Shown one piece after another: positions 36,279 to 44,701 of a stretch of DNA of 64,000 nt (position 1 is its first letter; the number at the start of each line of letters is the position of its first letter). The translations under genes and the position numbers were made by a program. Below the pieces are notes generated by a model. It saw only the letters and a list, made by a program, of their open reading frames with translations, made no database searches and was not told the origin of the DNA. The DNA comes from an uncultured bacterium (GTDB taxonomy: Bacteria; Krumholzibacteriota; Krumholzibacteriia; Krumholzibacteriales; Krumholzibacteriaceae): positions 832,001 through 896,000 of the forward strand of contig CAWBAN010000001.1 of the NCBI GenBank assembly GCA_963786935.1. The letters are read 5' to 3'.

Positions 36279-37214
36279 TCACGCCCGCGGGTGCGCCTTC
36301 TCATACGCCTCCCGGAGCCGTTCCGTCGTCACGTGCGTGTATATTTGGGTCGTCGAGAGGCTCGCGTGCCCGAGGAGCTCCTGAACGGCCCGCAGATCGG
36401 CGCCGGCGTCGAGGAGATGCGTCGCGAACGTATGCCGGAGGACGTGCGGGCTCATGCGGGAGAGCGCCGCCGTATGCTCGAGGTATCTGAGGACGATGCG
36501 CTGAACCGTTCGCCTGCTGATCGGATCGGTTCCGCGGCCCGCGATGAGCGGCTCCGCCGCTCCCGCGCCGAGGTGCTCGAAGAGCCCCTCCCGGCTGCTC
36601 CACAACGCGTCCGGGACGCCGAACCGGCGCTGAAGGTAGAGCTTGAGATATTCGGCGGCCCTCCCGCCGAGGGGAAGCATCCGCTCCTTGTTCCGCTTCC
36701 CGAGCACCGTGATGGTGCCGCGGGTGAAATCGCATTGCGCGATCGTGCAGCCGACGAGCTCGGCAAGACGCATCCCCGTCCCGTAGAGCAGCTCGAGTAC
36801 GGCGCGGTCCCGCAGCCCCTTCGGCGAATCGAGCGCCGGCAGATCCATCATGCGCTCCATGGCCGCGACGCTCGCGAAAACGGGGAGATCCCGCTCCGGT
36901 TTCGGCGACGAGACGCCCTCGGTCGGATCCCGTTCGCATAATCCGCGCTTGACGCTGTAGCCGAAGAAATTCTTGAGCGATGCGATCTTCCGGGCGATGC
37001 TCCGTTTCGAATAACCGGCGCGCGACAGCCGCCCGAGAAACGAGCGAATCGCGAGGCCGCCGGCGTCGTCGAAGCCCGGATCGCGGGAGAGCTCGACGCG
37101 AAGGAAATCGATGAACTGGGCGATATCCCCCTCATAGGCGCGGATCGTCGCTTCCGACGCCCGCCTCTCGAGCCCGAGATAGAGAAAATAATCTTTGAGC
37201 GCCTGAACGATCAC
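36279..37214 (-). CDS. xerC: Tyrosine recombinase XerC
   Basis: GMRLAEL, GKRNKER, SPHVLRHTFATHLL, TTQIYTH, AHPRA. Near topA-trmFO. Confidence 0.88.
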   Translation of the reverse strand: MIVQALKDYFLYLGLERRASEATIRAYEGDIAQFIDFLRVELSRDPGFDDAGGLAIRSFLGRLSRAGYSKRSIARKIASLKNFFGYSVKRGLCERDPTEGVSSPKPERDLPVFASVAAMERMMDLPALDSPKGLRDRAVLELLYGTGMRLAELVGCTIAQCDFTRGTITVLGKRNKERMLPLGGRAAEYLKLYLQRRFGVPDALWSSREGLFEHLGAGAAEPLIAGRGTDPISRRTVQRIVLRYLEHTAALSRMSPHVLRHTFATHLLDAGADLRAVQELLGHASLSTTQIYTHVTTERLREAYEKAHPRA

Positions 37215-37262
37215 ATTCGAACACCCTCGGATGCGAACGCCGCGACCGATCGATGCGCGGTC

Positions 37263-37712
37263 CTACTTGACCGGGGAGGTGCAGTTCGGGCACCGCACCG
37301 CCTTGATCGGGATCGCCGTGCAGCAGAACGAGCATTCCTTCGTCGTCGGCGCGGCGGCGGGCGCCGCCTCGGGCTTCTTGAGCCGGTTCATCGTGCGGAC
37401 GAGGAAGAATATGCAGAACGCGACGATGATGAAATTGATGATGGTGTTGATGAACACGCCGATATTGATGGATACCGCTCCGGCCGCCTGCGCCTGCGCG
37501 AGGGACGGGTACGGCCCGGGGGCGGCCCCCTCCTTCAGCACGAAGAACAGGTTCGTGAAGTCGACGTTGCCGAGAAGAATGCCGATGGGCGGCATGATGA
37601 CGTCCTTCACGAGCGAATTGACGATCGCGCCGAACGCCACGCCGATGATGATCCCCACCGCCATGTCGATGACGTTGCCCCGCATCGCGAATTCCTTGAA
37701 CTCTTTCAGCAT
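37263..37712 (-). CDS. mscL: Large-conductance mechanosensitive channel with C-terminal zinc-ribbon
   Basis: [21 protein letters not shown]; tail CSFC...CPNC. Confidence 0.95.
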   Translation of the reverse strand: MLKEFKEFAMRGNVIDMAVGIIIGVAFGAIVNSLVKDVIMPPIGILLGNVDFTNLFFVLKEGAAPGPYPSLAQAQAAGAVSINIGVFINTIINFIIVAFCIFFLVRTMNRLKKPEAAPAAAPTTKECSFCCTAIPIKAVRCPNCTSPVK

Positions 37713-37754
37713 TGTGACACCTCCCCGATGGAAACCGCCGTCAGAGGATACCGA

Positions 37755-38633
37755 TCACATGAGCTTGTACGTGATCCCGAGCGAAAGCGTTTCCTCGAGC
37801 CGTCCCGCCAGATCCACCTCCTTGTCGTAGAGGAATCGAGCGTAGAGATTCACCATGAGGTACTTGTTGATGCTCGCGCGGAAGATCACTTCCCACGTAA
37901 TATCGGGCGCCTTCCAGTAATCCATGTTGTATTGGCCCTCGAGCTCGTCCGATTTCGAATTGAAGAACGCCTCGTACACCTGGAGACGGCTCGTGATCGT
38001 CGTCGTCGTGTCGGAGATGGGGGACACGAAATCGCTGACGAAGATGATGCCGCCGTCCATGGCTGTCTCCGTCGTTTTCGCGCCGCTCGCCGCGTCGAGG
38101 ATGTCGCGATCGAGCGCCTGCCGGAACGCCCCCCCGAGACGCGCCGTCCATTCCCGCTTGCCGCTCTTCATGAACACCTTGGCCACTCCGAAGCTCTCGG
38201 TGAAGAGCGCCGGATTGACGTACCGCTCGTTGGCGGGATCCCGCTGATCGAGAAATTGGCTCTCGATCCGCGCCGACCCGTACGGATCGACGAAGCCGCC
38301 GAGCGTGAGCTTGAATATCGTCTCGAAATCGATCCGGTCGCTCGATTTGAACGGTCTCGCCCATTCCCGCGTCGTCTCGTCCTGGCTGTGCGTCTGGCCG
38401 AAAAAAAGCTTCAGGCTGTTCCGCGTATTCAGCTTCGGATTTATCTGGCGTTCGAACAGCGAATTGGAATTGAACACCCAGGTGAGGGTTCCGACCTGCC
38501 CGCCGGCCCAGTTGTCGGTGTATGCGCTCTGGGTGAGCGTGAGATTCGCGTCGACCGATTTCGTCCAGGGATCTGCGCGCAGGGCGCCGCTCGCGACCGT
38601 GAGCATCGCCGCGACGAGAACGATCCGCTTCAT
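37755..38633 (-). CDS. Outer-membrane beta-barrel protein (DUF3078-like)
   Basis: Signal peptide, LTQSAYTDNWAGG, KSSDRIDF, LYDKEV, terminal LGITYKL. Confidence 0.75.
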   Translation of the reverse strand: MKRIVLVAAMLTVASGALRADPWTKSVDANLTLTQSAYTDNWAGGQVGTLTWVFNSNSLFERQINPKLNTRNSLKLFFGQTHSQDETTREWARPFKSSDRIDFETIFKLTLGGFVDPYGSARIESQFLDQRDPANERYVNPALFTESFGVAKVFMKSGKREWTARLGGAFRQALDRDILDAASGAKTTETAMDGGIIFVSDFVSPISDTTTTITSRLQVYEAFFNSKSDELEGQYNMDYWKAPDITWEVIFRASINKYLMVNLYARFLYDKEVDLAGRLEETLSLGITYKLM

Positions 38634-38687
38634 ACAGCTCCTTTCTCGTCCGGCTGCCGGCGATGCCAACGAACGCCCGTGGAATGC

Positions 38688-40607
38688 CTACCGGCGCCCG
38701 GAACCGAGATATGTGGCCAGGAATCGCTCGGCCGCCGTCCAGAACGCGAGGCGATTGGCCGGCTTGCTCAATCCCCTCCCCTCGTCGGGGAAATAGACGT
38801 ATTCGCACGGAACGCCATTCGCCTCGAGCGCGGCGACGATCCGTTCGGCATCCGCATTCGGCACGAACGGATCTTGTCCTCCCTGCATGATGAGGAGCGG
38901 GGCCCGAATCCGATCGGACGCGAAAAGCGGCGATTGAGCGCGCAGCATATCGGCGTCGGTGTCGGGATTGCCGACCCGCGCGTAGAAGAACGATTTGTAC
39001 CCGCCGAATACGGCGGTTCTCGCCTTGAGCCAGCCGAGCAGATCGCTCGGTCCCGAGATATCGACGGCGCAGGCGAACAGATCCGGCGTCTGCGTCAGCG
39101 CGGCGAGCGCGGCGTAGCCGCCGAACGAGGTTCCGAAAATCGCCATCCGCTTCGAATCGGCGATGCCGTTCGAAACCGCCCACTGCACGGCGTCGACGAG
39201 GTCATTCTGGATCTTACCGCCCCACTCCTTGTCCCCCGCCCTGGTGAAATCCTTGCCGTAGCCGCGCGAGCCCCGGAAATTGACCTGGAGGCAGGCGTAC
39301 CCCCGGTTCGCGAACCACTGCGCCTCGGGATTGAATCCCCAGTAATCGCGGGCCCACGGATCCGGATGAACGAGCAGCACGAGCGGGAGATCCCGGCGCT
39401 TGCCGCCGGGCGGATAGGTGATATAGCCGTGAATCTCGAGCCCGTCGCGCGCCCGGAACGTCAGAGGCTCCATGCGCGCGAGCGTATAGCTCCTCAGATC
39501 CGGAATCTCGTCGAAGAGAAACGTCCCCTGTCCCGTCCGTCGGTCGTAGAGGTAGTACGATACCGGGCCGTCGTCTTTCGTGAACGCGAGCACCCAGGTC
39601 GAATCGGCGGCGTCCGTGCTCAGAAACTCGAAATCGCCCCGATCGAGACGCCCGACGGCGGCGAAATCCTTTTCGAGCGTCTTGTCGAGAATCGCCCACT
39701 CGATGCGCTCGCGGGCGAACGCCGCGGCCTGCATCTCGTACGTATCGACCTGGAAGAACACGGAAACGATATCGCTCTTCGGATCCTCCGCGATCACCTT
39801 CGGGGAGCCGCCGGCGAAACGGATCTCGACGAGCCGGCCCGTGTTGTACCCCCGCGCATCGAGGCAATACATCCCCTCGCCGTCGAGCGTGAACCGAAGC
39901 GCCGAGCTCGATATCCGATCCTCGGCGCTCCAGGAGCACACGGTCTTCCAGGCCGATCGCTCGTCCGCGCGGACGATGAGATCGCTGCTCCACGCCTCGC
40001 CTGCCGTCATCGCGCCCCGGACGACGAGATCGTTGTCGGGGATCCACCGGATGACGTTGCCCGGATTCCTCGCGGCCAAGGCGAGCTCGCCCGTTTCGAT
40101 GTCGAGACGATACGCCTCGCCGAGAATGCGATTCTCCTTGTTCATCTGAATGATGATGTGCCGCGGGTATTTCTTGCTGTACGCGACCACTCCCACCTTG
40201 ATGCTGTCGAACGGAGTGAAATCGCGTATTTCGCCGGTGTCGACGTCGACGCCGTACAGCCGCCAGTTGTCGTTCCCTTTCAGATCCTGGAGGTACATGA
40301 TGTGCCGGTTGTCGTACGCCCAGAAATACTTCACGATCCCGCGATCCGTGTCGCGCGTGACGGCGCGATCGTCCGTCGAGCCGATCGTCTTGACCCATAC
40401 GTTCAGGACGCCGCCGAACGGCGCGACGTACGAGAGCCTCGCGGCGTCGGGGGACACCGCCGGCATCGTTTTCGTGGGATTGCCGAACAGGGCCTCGGTC
40501 GGAATGACCTTCGGCTCGTATTTCGAGCAGGAGAACGCCCCGAGCGCCGTCGCGACGCACGCGATTCCGATGAGCGAACGGGTTATTCCCTTGGAATGCA
40601 TATCCAC
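38688..40607 (-). CDS. S9 prolyl-oligopeptidase-family lipoprotein with altered catalytic residues
   Basis: Beta-propeller plus alpha/beta hydrolase: NFRGSRGYG, GTSFGG, QGGQD, FPDEGRG. AFSC lipobox. Confidence 0.88.
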   Translation of the reverse strand: MDMHSKGITRSLIGIACVATALGAFSCSKYEPKVIPTEALFGNPTKTMPAVSPDAARLSYVAPFGGVLNVWVKTIGSTDDRAVTRDTDRGIVKYFWAYDNRHIMYLQDLKGNDNWRLYGVDVDTGEIRDFTPFDSIKVGVVAYSKKYPRHIIIQMNKENRILGEAYRLDIETGELALAARNPGNVIRWIPDNDLVVRGAMTAGEAWSSDLIVRADERSAWKTVCSWSAEDRISSSALRFTLDGEGMYCLDARGYNTGRLVEIRFAGGSPKVIAEDPKSDIVSVFFQVDTYEMQAAAFARERIEWAILDKTLEKDFAAVGRLDRGDFEFLSTDAADSTWVLAFTKDDGPVSYYLYDRRTGQGTFLFDEIPDLRSYTLARMEPLTFRARDGLEIHGYITYPPGGKRRDLPLVLLVHPDPWARDYWGFNPEAQWFANRGYACLQVNFRGSRGYGKDFTRAGDKEWGGKIQNDLVDAVQWAVSNGIADSKRMAIFGTSFGGYAALAALTQTPDLFACAVDISGPSDLLGWLKARTAVFGGYKSFFYARVGNPDTDADMLRAQSPLFASDRIRAPLLIMQGGQDPFVPNADAERIVAALEANGVPCEYVYFPDEGRGLSKPANRLAFWTAAERFLATYLGSGRR

Positions 40608-40652
40608 GGTGATCCTCGCCTTTCAGGGCGGCGCGCAACGCGCCGAATCCGC

Positions 40653-40681
40653 ATTGTAGTGGGGTGCCGTGGGAACGTCAA
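40653..40681 (-). promoter_or_regulatory. sigma70 promoter for the S9 gene
   Basis: TTGACG-N17-TACAAT. Confidence 0.75.
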
Positions 40682-40692
40682 GCCCTACCTGT

Positions 40693-42015
40693 TTAATGCC
40701 CGGCCGAGAGGAAAGTTTCAAGCATTTTGAGCGACCGCTCGACATACAGGCGCTTGCGCTCGCTCCGGCGCGCGCTCAAAGCGGGCAGGATGCCGAAATT
40801 GACGTTCATCGGCTGAAACGGGGCGCGTCCCTCGCCGCAATGGCGCTGGAGCGCCCCGAGCAGCGTTTCGGCGGGAAAAAGAAGCGGCGGCGGCGCTCCG
40901 TCGATGTAGCGCTCCGCGCTCCGGGCGACCAGACGGCCGTGCGCGATGGATTCCATGTATCCCTCGACGCCGACGATCTGCCCCGCGAAAAAGAGCCCCG
41001 GACGCGTCCGCGACATCTGGCTCTCGTCGAGCAGCCGCGGCGCGTCGAGGAACGTATTCCGATGCACGGACCCCCAGCGGAGGATCTCGGGGGTCCGGAA
41101 TCCCGGGACGACGGTCAGCAGCTCCTGCTGCGCCGCGCGGGTAAGCCTCGTCTGAAAGCCGACGAGGCCGAAGAGCGATCCGTCCGCCGTCTCCTGCCGC
41201 AGCTGAATCGCGGCGTACGGCTCGCGCCCCGTCTTCGGATCGACGAGCCCCTTGGGCTTGAGGGGCCCGAAACGCAGGGCGTCGTCCCCCCGCGCGGCGA
41301 TCACCTCGACGGGAAGGCAGCTCTCGAAGCAGCGCGTCTCCTCGAACCCGCGCTTCTCGGTCTTCGGCGCCTTTTTGAGAAAATCGACGAGCCGCTCGTA
41401 CTCGTCCGCCGCGAGCGGTATGTTCCAGTAGTCGTCACCGCCCTTCCCGTACCGGGAAGCTTTGAACGCGTCCGCCGGATCGATCGAATCCGCGCTCACG
41501 GAGAGCGAGATCGCGTCGTAGAAGTGCAGATGATCCGACGCGAAATGCTCCCGCAGCGCGGCGGACAACGCATCCGACGTCAGGGGCCCCGTCGCGATCA
41601 CGGCGCAGGGAGCACAATCGAGATCCCGCTGCTCGCGGCGCACGAGCTCGATGTTCGGATCGGCTGCGATCCGCCGCGTGACGGCGAGCGCGAATCCCTC
41701 CCGATCCACGGCGATCGCGTGTCCCGCACGCACGCGGCACTCGGACGCGATCTCGAGCAGCCGGCAACCGATCATGCGGAGCTCCCGTTTCAGGAGCCCC
41801 GACGCTGTTTCGGGATCGTCGGATTTGAGGGAATTGCTGCACACGAGCTCGGCGAGGTGGGGCGTCGTATGCGCCGGCGTGGGCGTCTCCGGCCGCATCT
41901 CGATGAGCCTGACCCGCACGTCGCGTCCCGCGAGTTGAAGCGCGATCTCGGAGCCGGCGAGCCCGCCGCCGACGACCGTTATCTCCCGTCTCAGAGCGAG
42001 ACCTCGTGCCGGCAT
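40693..42015 (-). CDS. trmFO: Folate/FAD-dependent tRNA m5U54 methyltransferase
   Basis: GGGLAGSE, ELVCSNS, ATGPLTS, FESCLPVE, GFQTRL, FQPMNVNFG. Start codon uncertain. Confidence 0.93.
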   Translation of the reverse strand: MPARGLALRREITVVGGGLAGSEIALQLAGRDVRVRLIEMRPETPTPAHTTPHLAELVCSNSLKSDDPETASGLLKRELRMIGCRLLEIASECRVRAGHAIAVDREGFALAVTRRIAADPNIELVRREQRDLDCAPCAVIATGPLTSDALSAALREHFASDHLHFYDAISLSVSADSIDPADAFKASRYGKGGDDYWNIPLAADEYERLVDFLKKAPKTEKRGFEETRCFESCLPVEVIAARGDDALRFGPLKPKGLVDPKTGREPYAAIQLRQETADGSLFGLVGFQTRLTRAAQQELLTVVPGFRTPEILRWGSVHRNTFLDAPRLLDESQMSRTRPGLFFAGQIVGVEGYMESIAHGRLVARSAERYIDGAPPPLLFPAETLLGALQRHCGEGRAPFQPMNVNFGILPALSARRSERKRLYVERSLKMLETFLSAGH

Positions 42016-44204
42016 AACGGACACCGGAGGTACCGGCCTTTCTTCGCGCTGCTCTTCTCGACGAGATTCGATTTGCCGCAGGCGGGACACGGCTGCGCCG
42101 TCGGCTTATCCCAGCTCGCGAAGGTGCATTTCGGATAGTTGCTGCATCCGTAGAAGAGGCGCCCGCGGCGGCTCCGCTTCTCGCCGATCTGGCCGCCGCA
42201 CCCCTCCACCGGGCAGGGGATGCCGAGGGTCACCGCCTCCGTGTACTTGCACGAGGGATACTTCCTGCACGCGATGAACCGTCCGAAGCGACCCGTGCGA
42301 TGCACGAGCTCCCCCCCGCACTGGGGACAGGCGCGGCCGATCGCCTCCATCTCTTCGAGCGGACGCGTGAAACGGCACTCGGGGTATCCGGGGCACGCGA
42401 GGAACGGCCCGTTCCTCCCCCATTTCTTGACGAGGCGCTTGCCGCAGTTTCCGCAGATCTCGTTCGTCTCCTCCTGCACGAGCTTCTTGAGATCCTTCCC
42501 GAGCCCCTGGAGGGCGCCGAGATCAACGGTGAGCGGATCGTAGAAGAGCTTCACGACGGCACGCCAATCGTCGGTCCCCTCCTCCACCTTGTCGAGCTCC
42601 GTTTCCATCCGGGCGGTGAAATCGATCTCGAAAATATCCCGGAAATGGTGCCCGAGCGTCTTCCAGACCTTCTCGCCGAGCTCGGTCGGGCAGAGGGCCG
42701 AGCCCTTCTTGGTGACGTAATCCCTCGCCTGAATGACGCCGAGGATCGACGCGTAGGTGCTGGGGCGCCCGATTCCCTTGTCCTCGAGCTCCTTGATCAG
42801 CGAAGCCTCCGTGTACCGCGGCGGGGGCTCGGTGAAATGCTGCGACGAATCGAGGCTCCTGATCGCGACGCCGTCCCCCGGCGCGAGCGGCGGCAGCATC
42901 TCGTCCTGTTCCGCCTTCTGATCCTGCATGATCGCGAGGAATCCCGGCTTGACGAGCGTTCTGCCGTTCGAGCGCAGGAGGAACCGCTCCCCGGCCGCGA
43001 TGTCGGCCTCGACGGTGCGGTACACCGCGGGCGCGGAGAGGGAAGCGAGAAAACGCTGCCAGATGAGCCGGTACAGCCCGAGCTGGTCCTTGCCGAGATG
43101 CTCCTTGATCGAATCGGGCGTCCGATAGCAATCGGTCGGCCGGATAGCCTCGTGAGCGTCCTGGGCGCCCTTCGCCTTCCGGAAGGCCTTTCGGTTCACG
43201 GCCGGCATATCGCCGCCGAAGGTCTCGCGCAGGTATTCCGTCCCCCGCTCCTGCGCCTCGCCACTCAGCCGCGTCGAATCCGTTCGCATGTAGCTGATGA
43301 GACCGACCGATCCTTCGGGACCGAGCTCGATCCCCTCGTAGAGCTGCTGGGCGATGAGCATCGTCTTCTTGGCCGAGAAGCCGAGCCGGCCCGCGGCTTC
43401 CCGCTGAAGCGTGCTCGTGATGAACGGCGGCTGGGGATTGCGGAGCTTCTCCTTTTCGCTCACGTCGCGCACGAGGAGCGATTCGCGCTTCATGGCGGCG
43501 AGTATCTCCGACGCCTCGTTCTCGTTCTTGATCTCCGGCTTTCGCCCATCGATCTTGAGGAGCTTCGAGGAGAACTCCTCCCCCTTCGCGGTCGCGAGGA
43601 CGCCCTCGATCGTCCAGTATTCCACGGGCACGAAGGCGCGGACCTCGTCCTCGCGTTCGCAAATGAGACGAAGCCCGACGCTCTGCACGCGGCCGGCGCT
43701 CAAGCCCCGGTAGAATATCTTCCAGAGAACGGGGCTGATGAGGTAGCCGAAGAGCCGGTCCAGAACGCGGCGCGCCTGCTGCGCGTTGACCTTGTCGATA
43801 TCGATGTCATGCGGATTGGCAACCGCCTCTTCGATCGCGTGCTTCGTGATCTCGTTGAAGATGATGCGCTTGATCGGCACCTTCGTCTTTTCGAGTATCT
43901 CCTTGAGGTGCCAGGCGATCGCCTCGCCCTCGCGGTCCATATCGGTCGCGAGCAGGATCGAGCCGCTCTTCGACGCCTCGCGACGCAGATCGGTGACGAC
44001 CTTCGTCTTTCCCTTGACCGTGACGTACTTCGGCGTGAAGTTCTTTTCGACCTCGATTCCCAGCTCGCGCTGGGGCAGATCGCGGATATGCCCCACGGAC
44101 GCCTTCACCGAGTATCCCTTACCGAGATATTTCTTGATCGTGCGCGCTTTGGCGGGAGACTCCACGACGACGAGAACCTGCTCCAACGGGTGCTCCTTCC
44201 TCAA
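41991..44204 (-). CDS. topA: DNA topoisomerase I with C4 zinc ribbons
   Basis: VESPAKA, DREGE, SAGRVQS, SYMRTD, QDAHEAIRP, GIGRPSTY, zinc ribbons. Confidence 0.97.
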   Translation of the reverse strand: MRKEHPLEQVLVVVESPAKARTIKKYLGKGYSVKASVGHIRDLPQRELGIEVEKNFTPKYVTVKGKTKVVTDLRREASKSGSILLATDMDREGEAIAWHLKEILEKTKVPIKRIIFNEITKHAIEEAVANPHDIDIDKVNAQQARRVLDRLFGYLISPVLWKIFYRGLSAGRVQSVGLRLICEREDEVRAFVPVEYWTIEGVLATAKGEEFSSKLLKIDGRKPEIKNENEASEILAAMKRESLLVRDVSEKEKLRNPQPPFITSTLQREAAGRLGFSAKKTMLIAQQLYEGIELGPEGSVGLISYMRTDSTRLSGEAQERGTEYLRETFGGDMPAVNRKAFRKAKGAQDAHEAIRPTDCYRTPDSIKEHLGKDQLGLYRLIWQRFLASLSAPAVYRTVEADIAAGERFLLRSNGRTLVKPGFLAIMQDQKAEQDEMLPPLAPGDGVAIRSLDSSQHFTEPPPRYTEASLIKELEDKGIGRPSTYASILGVIQARDYVTKKGSALCPTELGEKVWKTLGHHFRDIFEIDFTARMETELDKVEEGTDDWRAVVKLFYDPLTVDLGALQGLGKDLKKLVQEETNEICGNCGKRLVKKWGRNGPFLACPGYPECRFTRPLEEMEAIGRACPQCGGELVHRTGRFGRFIACRKYPSCKYTEAVTLGIPCPVEGCGGQIGEKRSRRGRLFYGCSNYPKCTFASWDKPTAQPCPACGKSNLVEKSSAKKGRYLRCPLCRHEVSL

Positions 44205-44644
44205 TGCACGTGTCCGTCATCGCGTCTCGCGACGTCCGGAGAGTTGTCCTGGGGCAAATCGGGAACGAACCGGGAGGCCAGATCCCGAACCTCCTCGAGC
44301 GATACGGGCGGGATGAACTCATAAGCGGCGTTATCGATGATCGAGCTCAGCTGCATCTCGGAAATCCATCCGAGCCGATGGAGGTTGAGCAGAAAGCCCT
44401 GCGCCGGAATCGACAGCGTGTGCTTCTCGAATTCGTTCAGGATGCGGTTGCCGGGATTCGTATCCCCCGCGGGCCCCCGGTCGGCTCCGTCCGATCCGAA
44501 ATCGAGCATCCGGAACGCCTGCCGGATCTCGAATCGCGAGTACCCCATATCCTCGAGCTCGTCCTGAACGAAGGAAGGATCCTTGAGATCCCCCGGCTCG
44601 AGATCCATGATATATTCGATGATCTCTTTAATTCGCTCGCTCAT
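44201..44644 (-). CDS. Smg / DUF494 family protein
   Basis: Directly upstream of topA; LEDMGYSRFEIRQAF, RILNEFE, AQGFLLNLHRLG, terminal VH. Confidence 0.75.
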   Translation of the reverse strand: MSERIKEIIEYIMDLEPGDLKDPSFVQDELEDMGYSRFEIRQAFRMLDFGSDGADRGPAGDTNPGNRILNEFEKHTLSIPAQGFLLNLHRLGWISEMQLSSIIDNAAYEFIPPVSLEEVRDLASRFVPDLPQDNSPDVARRDDGHVH

Positions 44645-44701
44645 GCGGTGTCCTCGCGTTCGCGCCGCGGCACGCCGGCCTCGGGGCATCCTGTATGATT
44701 G

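Noticed and set aside
25554..37214. Two tyrosine recombinases read as integrases of a mobile element
   Set aside because: Their motifs and contexts (scpAB; topA-trmFO) fit chromosomal XerD and XerC. No att repeats or cargo genes were seen.
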